Of a stretch of DNA of 64,000 nt, positions 13,791 through 24,230 are shown one piece after another. A program made the position numbers and the translations under genes. This stretch comes from Marsupella aquatica (Eukaryota; Plantae; Marchantiophyta). How positions within the stretch are numbered: the first letter of the stretch is position 1; every line of letters begins with the position of its first letter. The notes below the pieces were generated by a model. That model worked only from the letters and a program-made list of their open reading frames with translations, ran no database searches and was not told where the DNA came from. Where the stretch lies: contig OZ316895.1 in the NCBI GenBank assembly GCA_973895155.1, forward strand, positions 12,469,929 to 12,533,928, given 5' to 3'.

Positions 13791-14317
13791 ATGAAAATAA
13801 AGGTAAAAGGATGGGAACAAATCATAATTGAGCTGTCAGTAATAAAGAACCATCTTATTCTTGCAAGGTTTTTTGTACTTACTCATATTTAGGTTCAAAA
13901 GAATGAGTAGTCAAGCTAGTCCAACAAAAGATAAACATTTTGCTCCGGAGCTTGGGTTTTTGTAGGGTAGCCCACAAGGGAGACAATATCCAAGGATTCA
14001 ACACAGACAGATCTTTTGTACCCATTTTGAGTCATTTTCAGAAAAGGAGTGTTACGACCTGTCAGGACATTTGGGCACCTTTCACTGCTGGTGGAATGTG
14101 CATAGTGGGACATTCATCAAGCAGCACCGCAATATTTGCGCACTAGTGGCCAAGCCTCCAATCCTATCATGGTCTGGGGTGTGAGACTTGTCTATGATAG
14201 TGATCACCGAACAAGATGCCGCGATTTTACAACAGATCAGAGACCAGAAGGACAAGAGAGTTCAACTAGGGCCCCAAAACAAACCAGCCAGGGGTAGTAA
14301 CCAGTACTCCCACCATA

Positions 14318-14343
14318 ACACACACACACACACACACACACAC
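14318..14343. repeat. (CA)n microsatellite
   Basis: Run of AC dinucleotides visible directly. Confidence 0.9.
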
Positions 14344-14380
14344 CACTTGGGTGAGGAGGACCCATTCTTTTATGTGGAGA

Positions 14381-15015
14381 AAATTTGTTAGATTTAGATT
14401 TCACTTCTCAAACAAATCTTTTTACTTCTAACTAAAATTTGCTAGATTTAGATTTCACTATCTCAAAAAAAGTCTTCGTACTTTTGAGTAAAATCTGCTA
14501 GATTTCACTTCTTAGATAAATATTCTTACTTTTGACTAAAATTTGCTAGATTTTCTGGCGTTCATTATAGTAGTTAGTTTTTCACTTTGCCACGTACCCA
14601 CACACATATACTTTCCACGTCCCTTAGAGCATGGAGGCGGGAATTGAACTTTCCACACCACTTGGGTGTGAAGGGGGGTACACCCTGGGCAGGCTGTATT
14701 TTTTATGAGCAAACTTTTGCTAGATTTCTATTTCACTTCTCAAAACATTTTAATTTTTTGGGAATGAAAAGGGGGAAGAGCCCCCAACTTTATTTTTACT
14801 TTTGACTAAAGTTTGCTAGGTTTCAATTTCACTTCTCAAAAAAGTATTCTTACTTTTGACTCAAATTTGCCAGATTTAGATTTCACTTCTCAAAAAACTA
14901 TTCCTACTTTATTCCAAGGAAAAAAATATTCCTACTTTTGACTCAAATTTGCTAGACTTCCATCCCACTTCTCAAAAAATATTCTTACTGACTAAAACAT
15001 TTGCTAGATTTTCTG
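14381..15015. repeat. AT-rich ~55-bp minisatellite (AAATTTGCTAGATTTAGATTTCACTTCTCAAAAAA..TATTCTTACTTTTGACT), about 8-9 degenerate units in two blocks
   Basis: TTTG(C/T)(T/C)AGAT/GCTAG followed by TTCACTTCTCAAA and TACTTTTGACT recurs through 14381-14555 and 14715-15015. Confidence 0.75.
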
Positions 15016-15983
15016 ACATCCATTACTCTAGTTAGTTTCCTACCTTGCCACATACCCCCACTAGCCAGAATCTAACCGGTTATCCAACATAGGGAGGTCT
15101 GATGGTAAAACATTGAGACATTCGCGCTGCCTACCCCCATCCCACTGCGGTCCACAATCTTACTAATAAAGCGCAAACTGTAGCCTACTTTCACAAGCTA
15201 GGGTCTAGAGTGAAGCCTCTAGACCATAACTCTATGGCCCGCTCTATGGTCATCATGTGCATGGGAAAAACTTATGACATGACTATGATGTATGGACATG
15301 TCAGGTTTATGTGATAATTTTTAAATATTTACATTCAAAATATATAGGTAGTATGGCCCCCCCACAACATATGTGCATAGAACATGGATGTGCATACAAA
15401 AAGCTTGATGTGCACATCAAGGAGAATGATATATTATATATGACTATTAAAATGTTAGGTTTTTTTATCAAATCATTAATCTTCAAAGAATATGAATAGA
15501 AAATATATTTTGATAATTCTTTTATTGTCATCTCCGCTATTCACGTTCAAAGAATGGGTAGTCGGGCCGGGGCTAGTCTTACTATATAATCGCAAACAAA
15601 AGCTACTTTTAAGGGCTACTATCTAGAGTGAAGCCTCTAGACCATACCTCAAATAAGGACAAAATGCATAATGACTCTGAATAACACAAATCTAAAAGGT
15701 GCACAAAAAATAGGTATCCAAAGATAATGGAAAAGAGTATAGATTTTTTTATTTTTTTCAATTTGTTTTTTGTTTTCAATTTTATTCTCGATTTTATTTA
15801 CATTCCAGGAATGGGTAGTCAGGCTAGTGGGTCTAGTTTCATACAATCTTTCCCTGCTACAGCAATAATGTGAAGATTTTACCTTAGACAAATCACAAAA
15901 AGGGAGACATTATTAAATGGTCCCTACAGAGGGCAACTTTTATTTGAGTATCAGCTCATCCAAGGTACACATGTTGCATTTTT

Positions 15984-18902
15984 TATTTTTTTATTTTTTA
16001 AACGGGGACACCCCGGAAACTTTATTCAACGAGAAGATAAAAGAACAGCTGCCCGGGAGAAGGGGGCAGGGAAAAATTAAGAAAACAACAATTAAGGGGG
16101 CTATTAGTGGGAGCACACCCAGAGAGGAGAAGGCACCACAAGCCAAGACGCCTAACTGGAAGGAGGCGACGAAGAGGGAGAGAGAATGCCAATGGAACCT
16201 GGAACAAAATCTAAAGCAATACCCAAGACCAACCCTAAACTGCGAACAGAACCGGACAGCGCCAAAGACCAGCCTGGTCTTTGCCTCCACCACCCTCCAC
16301 TGACCACAATATCCCACTTTGCTTGGCACCAGTGAGCAACAGGATCCATCAGACTGCACTATCTCCGGCCCAGGTGGACATCAGCAACCAAAGGAGAGCA
16401 ACAACTGCCGGCTAGCAGAGCATTGCAGCCACCAACACAACATCCACCTAATACCAGAGGGGAACATGCCAGAGGATTGGCATTCTACATGTTTCACCAA
16501 CCCAGCCAGCAGCCACCAAGCTAGATCCTTGTTGAGCCAGATCCCAAGCAGCTATGTCGTCAGTCCGAATAAGTGTGAATTCAATTTGATCCCATGGGGC
16601 CGAGCCCAAGAAGCAACTCAAACAAGATCGCTGCATCAGATCTCCGCAAACCGTCCAGCCCATATAAGATTGGATCCACCAGACCCAGGCGATATAGGTG
16701 TTGCAGCCCCCAGAGCAGAGAATTCCCTCCAAAACAAGGAACCGAAATGACTCCCCAAAATAGGTTTGGGGAAACAACCTCCCATGATAAGCATCAGATA
16801 AGGAGATACCAATGAGAGCCCAACGTCCAAGGACCAGGACAATATGAAGATATCCTCGAACCCCATTGGGAACAGAGATTAGGAGGACCACAGAGAAAGC
16901 AGGTCCCAGCTGATCTCCTCCATAGGACAGATATAAAATAGACCCAAGATGATCCCAGCATCGGAAAGAGAAGCATTCAAATTACGTGCAATACCATAGC
17001 TCGAATAAACTCGATGAAGCCCACACTCCCCAACATCTCCAACAATCGTAGTCTGGCCCAGTGGAGAGCAGAGCAAGCTAAGACCCAGAACAAACCCAAG
17101 GAGGACTGTCGGGCTGGAGGCAACAGACGGCGGTCCAAGAATACTGAAGATTGAATATCCGGAATGGATAAAATAGTGACTAGATATCTATCTAAAGAAA
17201 ACCCATAGATGCGGACCCCCAAGAAGTCATATAGAGCCCGAAGATATAATTCCCTGATACTATGATACGATTTTATTCTATGCGATGGCTTTTGGCCAAA
17301 GTTCAAAAAAGAACCTATATTTGGAGATCAAGAAAGACCGAATGAATAGGAGGGCCGAGTCTCAACGGGGAAATAATAGGGGGACCAGAACTGAGTCGGA
17401 CAAGACCAGAGCACGGCCGACGGACATACCCCGGCCCAAGATATACAATATTGCGCCAGCATCTCCACAATAAGATTAGGATATAAAAGGCAGTCCTTCA
17501 ACAACGGAGAAGAGCCGGCCGAAGGAATGGGAAGAGGGAGATGGAAGACGGAAAGGGAGTAGGATACGATCTTGACAAATGGGGGGGAAACATACGTTTG
17601 GACGGAGAGTGGACTTGGAGACAGGATGGACTGTCTTGGGAAAGCTAGGAGGAACCAGACGGATGCAAGGGCCTGCGCAGGAGACGGCTCCCCAACAGAC
17701 TTGAGATGTATTTTTCTGCATAATATAACCTTTTTTTCTTGGCCTCAGAGTCCGAACATAGAGCTACAGAATGGAGGTGCAACACCACCGAGGAAGCAAC
17801 AGCAAATGGGGAAAAAATTACAGATTGGCTCCGAAACACCTTAGTGTTACGATTTTTCCACAGAAGCCAGAAAGTATCATACACAACAAAGAGGCGAGCG
17901 GAAAGCCTGGGAGAACGGCTGAGAGACAAGTCTAGAATACTTAAGAAGGAGTTTCCCCCTGGGAGGAGAGAAATGGCTGGCACCCTCTCATAGAACCATG
18001 CTGTGCGATTCCAAGCCATGGTTGCCTGGGGACAAGAGAAGAAAATATGGCAGCAGTCCTCCGTGCAATTCCTGCAGAATGGGCACATCCCATCTCCGTG
18101 TCCACATTGGTTAGCCCTCTTCCTGGTGAATAGCCCGGCTGCTAGAACACGCCACAAGAATATCTTCCCGCGATGAGACAGGTCGGAGCGCCAGATCCTC
18201 CTCCATCTGCGCTGCCAAACACCAACAGAATCCGCAACTCCCCATCTTGTGTTCAAAGCACCAAAATCACCAATGGATTTGTCAATCATTTTATATGCCT
18301 GAACACTATTGAGAAAGCGAGGATGGCGGTGATGTTGAAGTCCCTGCCAGTGCCATTGTGGTGCAACAAAGGAGTGGGAAAGGGATGGCGGCGGTCCACA
18401 TTGGAGGAGCAAAATTATGTTTGATAATAATGCTCTGGTTTGTTCCCCCAGCCCACGAACACGAGCCAACCTGCACGAGAAATCAATCCAAACTCCAGAA
18501 CGCCAGTCCCACAGGTCATAGACGTGAGAAAGGTTAATTCGGGAACAAGTGCTGAGCATACTCGGAAGACAAGAGACAGGGAAATTAAAGGAGCGGAGAG
18601 ATTGGAGAATCAAATCAGCCATAGACCACCTGGCGGGAATAGCAGTAGAGTTAGGATACCAGCGTAGATGTCCTCTGATCTGAATCCAAGCCCTCCATAA
18701 ACCAGCCATGTAGTACATACCTCTAAAACTTGTTGGGGTGGAGAATAAGAATTTATCCATGGTGGAATAACCTGCTTGGTGGAGACTCACTGAGTTGTTC
18801 CAAGCAGCCAAACGGAGGTTAGCCAAAAAAAGAATGGCCCATTCCGATGATGGGTCCGTGAGCAATCGGGATGCCCAGTGGGCTAGAAGCGCTGTAGCCT
18901 GT
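15984..18902 (-). mobile_element. 5'-truncated L1-clade LINE with A-rich tail and target-site duplication
   Basis: TSD GTTGCATTTTT at 15973-15983 and 18913-18923, extendable to 21 bp with 2 mismatches (15963-15983 vs 18903-18923). A-rich tail (T-runs on the + strand, 15984-15999) is preceded on the - strand by AATAAA. Contains the ORF2 C-terminus. Confidence 0.88.
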
Positions 18903-18912
18903 AGGTACAGAC
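17645..18912 (-). CDS. C-terminal part of LINE ORF2 (post-RT region plus zf-RVT zinc-binding domain), uninterrupted for about 420 codons
   Basis: WQRRWRRIWRSDLSHRGKIFLWRVLAAGLFT...CPFCRNCTEDCCHIFFSCPQATMAW...WLLWKNRNTKVF is the canonical plant L1 zf-RVT signature. No EN or RT core is present because of the 5' truncation. The first few residues in the ORF track come from the flank/TSD. Confidence 0.88.
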
Positions 18913-18971
18913 GTTGCATTTTTGGAATGAGACTCAAAGTAACAAAACTTTAGATCTAATACAAAACACAC

Positions 18972-19115
18972 GAGATATATACTTGATGGACCCATAAATT
19001 GAAATGTCTTATTTGATAGACCCCATGAGCTTTTGGTACATTGATTTGAGGTCTATCAACGGCATGGATCACTCATGTAACACTTTGCATTTTGAGGGTC
19101 CATCAAGTATCTCTC
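18972..19115. mobile_element. Palindromic MITE (copy 2), inverted relative to the 12925-13090 copy
   Basis: GAGATATATACTTGATGGACCC...AAATGTCTTATTTGATAGACCCCATGAGCTTTTGGTACATTGAT...GGATCACTCATG...GGGTCCATCAAGTATCTCTC is the reverse complement of 12925-13090 with indels. Confidence 0.7.
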
Positions 19116-19519
19116 TAGATCATGTTTACATCATCATGACACTCAAAATTGGTTAACGAATGTTGCTTTTGTTTTGTTTGTGGTTTCTATTCAAAATATC
19201 ATTTTCCTGTGTTTTTCAAATATTATTATGATCTACTATTCTAATCAGGAATCTTGCAAAAAGTAGCCCAACCTTGGCCAAGATCTATATACAAACTTGA
19301 ATGAAAGGAACAGACTCCTTATAAATTAGTCATATGCTTTCGGGAGTTTTTGGTCCATGGATTGACTTATTGGGGAGGGGGGAGCTTTCAGGGCTACAGG
19401 TCCTTGGAAAGTCATTTATGACTCTTTGTACCCACTGCCTGCCCAATGCTGCCCGGATCGGATGTTTATTATTCAAATAAATGCCAAAAATGGATCCTTA
19501 TTCTGTAGCAGCAGCAGCA

Positions 19520-19600
19520 GGCTGAGGGCATAGCCGTACTCAATTGAGTTGGGAAGGTGGAGGTCGTGGGTTCAAAACCCGCCATGGGCAAGAGCTTTTT
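19520..19600 (+). mobile_element. tRNA-derived (SINE-head-like) fragment
   Basis: T-arm/B-box GGTCGTGGGTTCAAAACCCGCC is followed by a T5 run. No convincing acceptor stem or D-arm, so it is not called a tRNA gene. Confidence 0.4.
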
Positions 19601-22600
19601 ACACCAATACCCGCCCAAAAGTGGGGATGAGACATTAAACTTTTGTGACTCGGGCAGCGGACTGTACGAAAGCCATGAATGACATTGCAAGGAAGAGTCT
19701 CCCTGAATGGGTGGGCCATTATCTATCTAGACATGTCACTAAGTACAAGTGCTATTGCTAGATCTAACAAACTTGTAATTGGTGGATTTTCTTACTACAT
19801 GGGAACAAGGGAAGCTGGGACCAGGGTGTTGTGCACTAATTGTTGTCATTGCAGCCAGGCCCGTAGCTTCTGTTCATTTTCCTTGACTGCAATTCTTCCT
19901 CTCCCAGACTTCCTTGGTTGCAAGTGTATCTCAAAGTTTGACAGTTTGTGAGAAGAACCAGGATTGAGACACATCTCTTTTTGACAAGGATTGCACTAAA
20001 TGATCCATGTGGTGAGACCCATCTTCACATCTTTGCTTAGCCTTCAGTTGGCCAAAATTTACCAAACTGTGACTCAGGGTACTATATTTCAATAGCAATT
20101 TCCGATTCTTTTTCAACTTTGTGGGGGTGCCATCAGGATATCTCAGATTTGATTTTTAGTGCAAGTTTGTGTGTTGCAATCCATGTCTCTATCCATTTCT
20201 CTATCCATGTCTAGGTCTTCTAACTTTTCAGTGAACTCCAACTTGACCTTCACAAAAGAAAACTTGTTTGACTTCATCCTCTTTTGAACAGATTTAAACC
20301 ACAACTCGAGGTATACAAGGACCCCCAGTCCTGCCCAAGCAATAAGGCGAGCAATAATGACCCTGCCCAGGCCAGAATGAGCCCCCCCTGTCGCCCGTGG
20401 TTTGTAGGCCTGCCCAGTCGGGCCCTTGGAGTGCCTGTAACCGTTGCCCTAGCTTTGATCCCTCTTTCCCCTCCACAGCTTGCCAGTGCTGCTCCTCCCT
20501 AGTGCCTGATGCTCGCAGCTACCATAGCTGGAGCTCGGATCAACTTTGTGCCTCCCTCCCCAACCTGAGTTGCAGCAGCTGCCATCCCTCCCCAAACCGA
20601 GTGAATCACACAATATGATGCAACCTAATTTAGTAAACCCTAAAATGAAACAAAGGCAAGAGCCAGATTTAGGGGTTAGGTTTAGGGTGTAGGGTCAAGT
20701 AAGATGAAAATATGACCACCTAGTCTTAGGGCAACCAATTATTATCTTCTGCATAATTTGTTGATACTTAGTCCAAGGGACCCAAAACCATTGTAAACGG
20801 TTGTTTCTAAAATAAAAATGCAAAATATGAATACAAATATGCATGGCACCCTTGAAGGAGATAATTGTGCCTGAAGTGGTGGCTGTGAAGGTTGACCAAT
20901 GTCATGGTCAGATCCTGACAGAGGAGCTGCATCCTGCACAATTTGGGCGGCCTTTGCTATTCACCAGCCCGGAGTTCCGCAATCCCACATCGTGCTTGAT
21001 GTAGTAAGCATGTCACCACAATAGAGTGTGTAGTATCCGGTCCAAGCAAAACTCTCAACAAACCCAGTCAACAACTACAAGATTATAATAAGCAATACAA
21101 AGTAGGAAAGTGTAAGGGCAAAAAAAACATTGGTAGAGTTCCTAGAGGAGAAGGGTGAGTGAGGAGGAACGCAAGTGAGGCCTGAAAATGATAGTGTGGT
21201 GGCACTTCCCCTCCTACCACAGGCTCCTCCCCTTCTCAGATCATCTCACAATCCAGAGTTTCCAAGAACCCCTAACCCTATCTTAGTGGCTACTGCAACC
21301 TATTTTCACATATGACTTTGGATGTGCATTTTTCAAAAAATGCCCTATGCAACGGCAATGCACTGACCAGGCTTGATCTTGAACCCTGTTGCTTGGGAGC
21401 ACACTTTATGACCATTATGATAGGGGAATTATTTGAAAAGTTGTCCATGTAACCATTCAGTTTTGTACAAAAACTTACAACACTTAGTGAGAGTTTTGAA
21501 CCCAGTATCTGGTGCATAGGAGGCATGAGTTTGAACCACTAACATAGGAAAATTGTTTGAAAAGACTTGAGTGGAAATTAAATATGAAGCAATAGGCAAG
21601 TCCAACGACCAGGGTGCACCCCTCCATTTCTGGCACTCCTCTCTAGCGCCTGCTGCCCACGCCTTTGCCTTCATCCCTGGCACTTGGATTTTTCTTGGGC
21701 CAGGTGTCCCCTGCCCAAACTGCCCATGAATTTGAATTTTGAATTTTCATGACTAGCCAATCAAAAGCATCCGTTGGTTTTTCATTTTTTTCTCACTCAA
21801 TATTGATCATTTTCTTGTGAGAATTTATTTGAAACATAGGTCTTGAAGAGATCTACAATTTGAGTTGTAGATTGCAGCAGTTGATGGACGAACAAGATTT
21901 TACCAAGGATCAATTGGATGATCATCACGGGAGCGTCTAATTCCAAATTCAACTATGGGTTTTACAAGTGAGTACTCTAGGTCACCCGTAGTACTTATAT
22001 GCTGATAAGTGATTTAATTAAGAGGGATTATGTCATTATCTTTTATTACCATGACAATATCGCAAGATGAGGGAGGAGGCTTCACTACAAACAGAGTTTG
22101 CCTTCCCTGCAGAGTTTGAGGCAAGATCAGATGCATCATGAAGAGTCGGTGGGGGTTTATGAAAAGTCCTAATCGGTCATGGCACTTAATTACAAGCATC
22201 ACACTTTCTATGAGTGTCAAGCGACAACAATCAACCTCACCATTTGTGAGTTTGTTGCACACTCGCACTTGATTGAGGTGACCATCACAACAATCACAAA
22301 AAAGGGAACAGTCCTTTGACGAGCCTAAATGTATGTTGTAGGTAGGTTGCATGTTCGACCCGGAAGCTCACAACTGGAAATTCTGAAGCAACCCAAAGCT
22401 TGAACATTATTGCTCAAGTGCAAAGTTTGCAAGTGGCAGCTTGTAGTTGCAGATCAGCTCACTTCAACTCCTATCGAGACTGACTCATCCCATTCAACAT
22501 GCAGGTCACAGCTAGCTTGTAGCTCACATCTCTAGCTCACTTGCAAAATTGGCTCCGACTAGTTCACTCTAGCATCCGGCTCAAACATTTGTGATCAAGG

Positions 22601-23751
22601 AAAACTTGTACAATGTCTTCAGCTTGTATTCGGTGTAAGTTTTGCTGCAACTCACACCTTCAATGATTGTATGTTGTAGGTTGCATGTCCTAACTTCCAA
22701 CAGCTTATCTGGCGGCTAGAACGTTGTACATAGATATATCACACCTTGAAATTCTGCAGGTTGCGTGTGGTTGTTGGGGTGTTAGCTCTACTTTATTTTA
22801 GTTTTAGGCAGGCTTGTAGATCACAGCTCCAAGGTTGTCCCTCTAAGCTCCAAGGTTGTCCCTCTAACTTCAAAGTTTGCACGTTGCGCATAGCAGCCGT
22901 GATGGCAACTCTACCTTCACTTCAGTCGGCTTCTCCCACTAACATTTCAGGTTGCAACTAGCTTGCAGGTACATCATGATCCCTTGAGCACAATAGGGAA
23001 ATGTGTGGGAACAGCCAAAGTGAGCTTATCTGAGGTGAGGACTTACAAGAAGAGGGAGTCTCCAAGGTCCCACAATCATAAATGATGCATGGGCTCGTGC
23101 AACCTTCCAATTATACCTAATGTATGATTACAAATACACTAGAGGGGTGTGCAAGCCCTTCATGTACTTTAGTTTGAATAAGATGTTGAATTCACCATGA
23201 GGCTGTAGCCTCCCTCATACGCTCCCTTGAAACTTGAATAGAGTTGTATGTAAATGGGGACAATGATAGACACATGACTATTTTGATCATAAATAGACTA
23301 AAAATTAACAACGATACGTGATTTGCCAACAAATTATGTTACTCAACAGTTAAAGTCCCATTCATCTATATAAGAAAACCCAACTTATCATAACGCGTTA
23401 CAATTGGAGTTCTTCAAAGATATTTAATTAACAAAAATTGATCTGCCAACAAGATATTTCACTCGGCCATTAAAGTTCTATTAATTTTGTTAGTGAGGAA
23501 GGTTATTGCTAGCAAGTTGGCACTTATGGCAAGTTGAGAGCCTCAACTTTGCAAGCCAATGTTGTAATTGACTTGTATGGTCAAATTATGATTGTTCGAT
23601 CTCTATGGAGTCAGATCTTAATTGTTGATTTTGGCAAACAAGTCACTACAACATTTACAAATCTCTTTGTCATTTGCAAGCCACTTAACCTAACAGAAAA
23701 TTTGTTTTAAGTTTGCACAAAAGGAACACTAGTGGGATCAGCCTTTCACGG

Positions 23752-24230
23752 GGTACACAACATCATCAGTTATCTCAAAAATTTTAGAATCTCAGCTGAG
23801 GAGTTAAGATGGGGCCTTCGAACTTCCGCTCATCTCAGCTGGGCAGCCGAGGTTGATTCAATCTCGGCTGACCTCGCCGAGATGGGCGTACGGACCGAAA
23901 AAAAATCCAAAAAAAACATGAACCAAAAAATTTCCCGAAAAAAAATTTTTGAAAATTTTTTCCTCATCTTAGCTGGCCTCGCCGAGATGGGGCGTACGGA
24001 CCGAAAAAAAATGTGGAAATAAATTTTTTTTTTTCCCATCTCGGCTGGGCTCGCCGAGATAGGTGTCCGTACGGTACGGATGCCGCATGGCGAAAAAAAA
24101 TTTGAAAAAAAAAGTTTTCCTTCAAATTTTGAAGAAAAATTCAAGAATTTTTTTTTCTTCATTTTTTTCTTTTTCGCATCGCAACTTGGTGGCCTCTCCG
24201 AGATGAGATGGCAACTGATATCAGGTACAC
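23752..24230. repeat. Array of six CATCTCGGC-N6/7-GCCGAGATG palindromes separated by A/T tracts, probably a non-autonomous transposon
   Basis: Palindrome copies near 23788, 23831, 23860, 23965, 24037 and 24182. CGTACGGACCGAAAAAAAA is repeated. Flanked by direct GGTACAC (23752-23758, 24224-24230) and imperfect inverted ATCAGTT..ATCTCA / TGAGAT..AACTGAT. Confidence 0.6.

Noticed and set aside
13860-14280. Possible old LINE zf-RVT fragment on the minus strand (LWATLQKPKLRSKMFIFCW)
   Set aside because: The similarity is too short and interrupted by stops to call without a profile search.
19520-19600. Functional tRNA gene
   Set aside because: Only the T-arm/B-box is convincing and no full cloverleaf can be drawn. 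Kept as a SINE-like fragment.
20630-20697. Telomere-like TAAACCCTA / TTTAGGG(G)TTAGG motifs (also about 21267-21280)
   Set aside because: Only 1-4 degenerate units, consistent with common telo-box or transposon-internal motifs rather than an interstitial telomere.
20982-20992. ATCCCACATCG, an exact plant snRNA USE motif
   Set aside because: No TATA box at the Pol II or Pol III spacing downstream and no recognisable snRNA follows. The motif is also common in retroelement-derived DNA.
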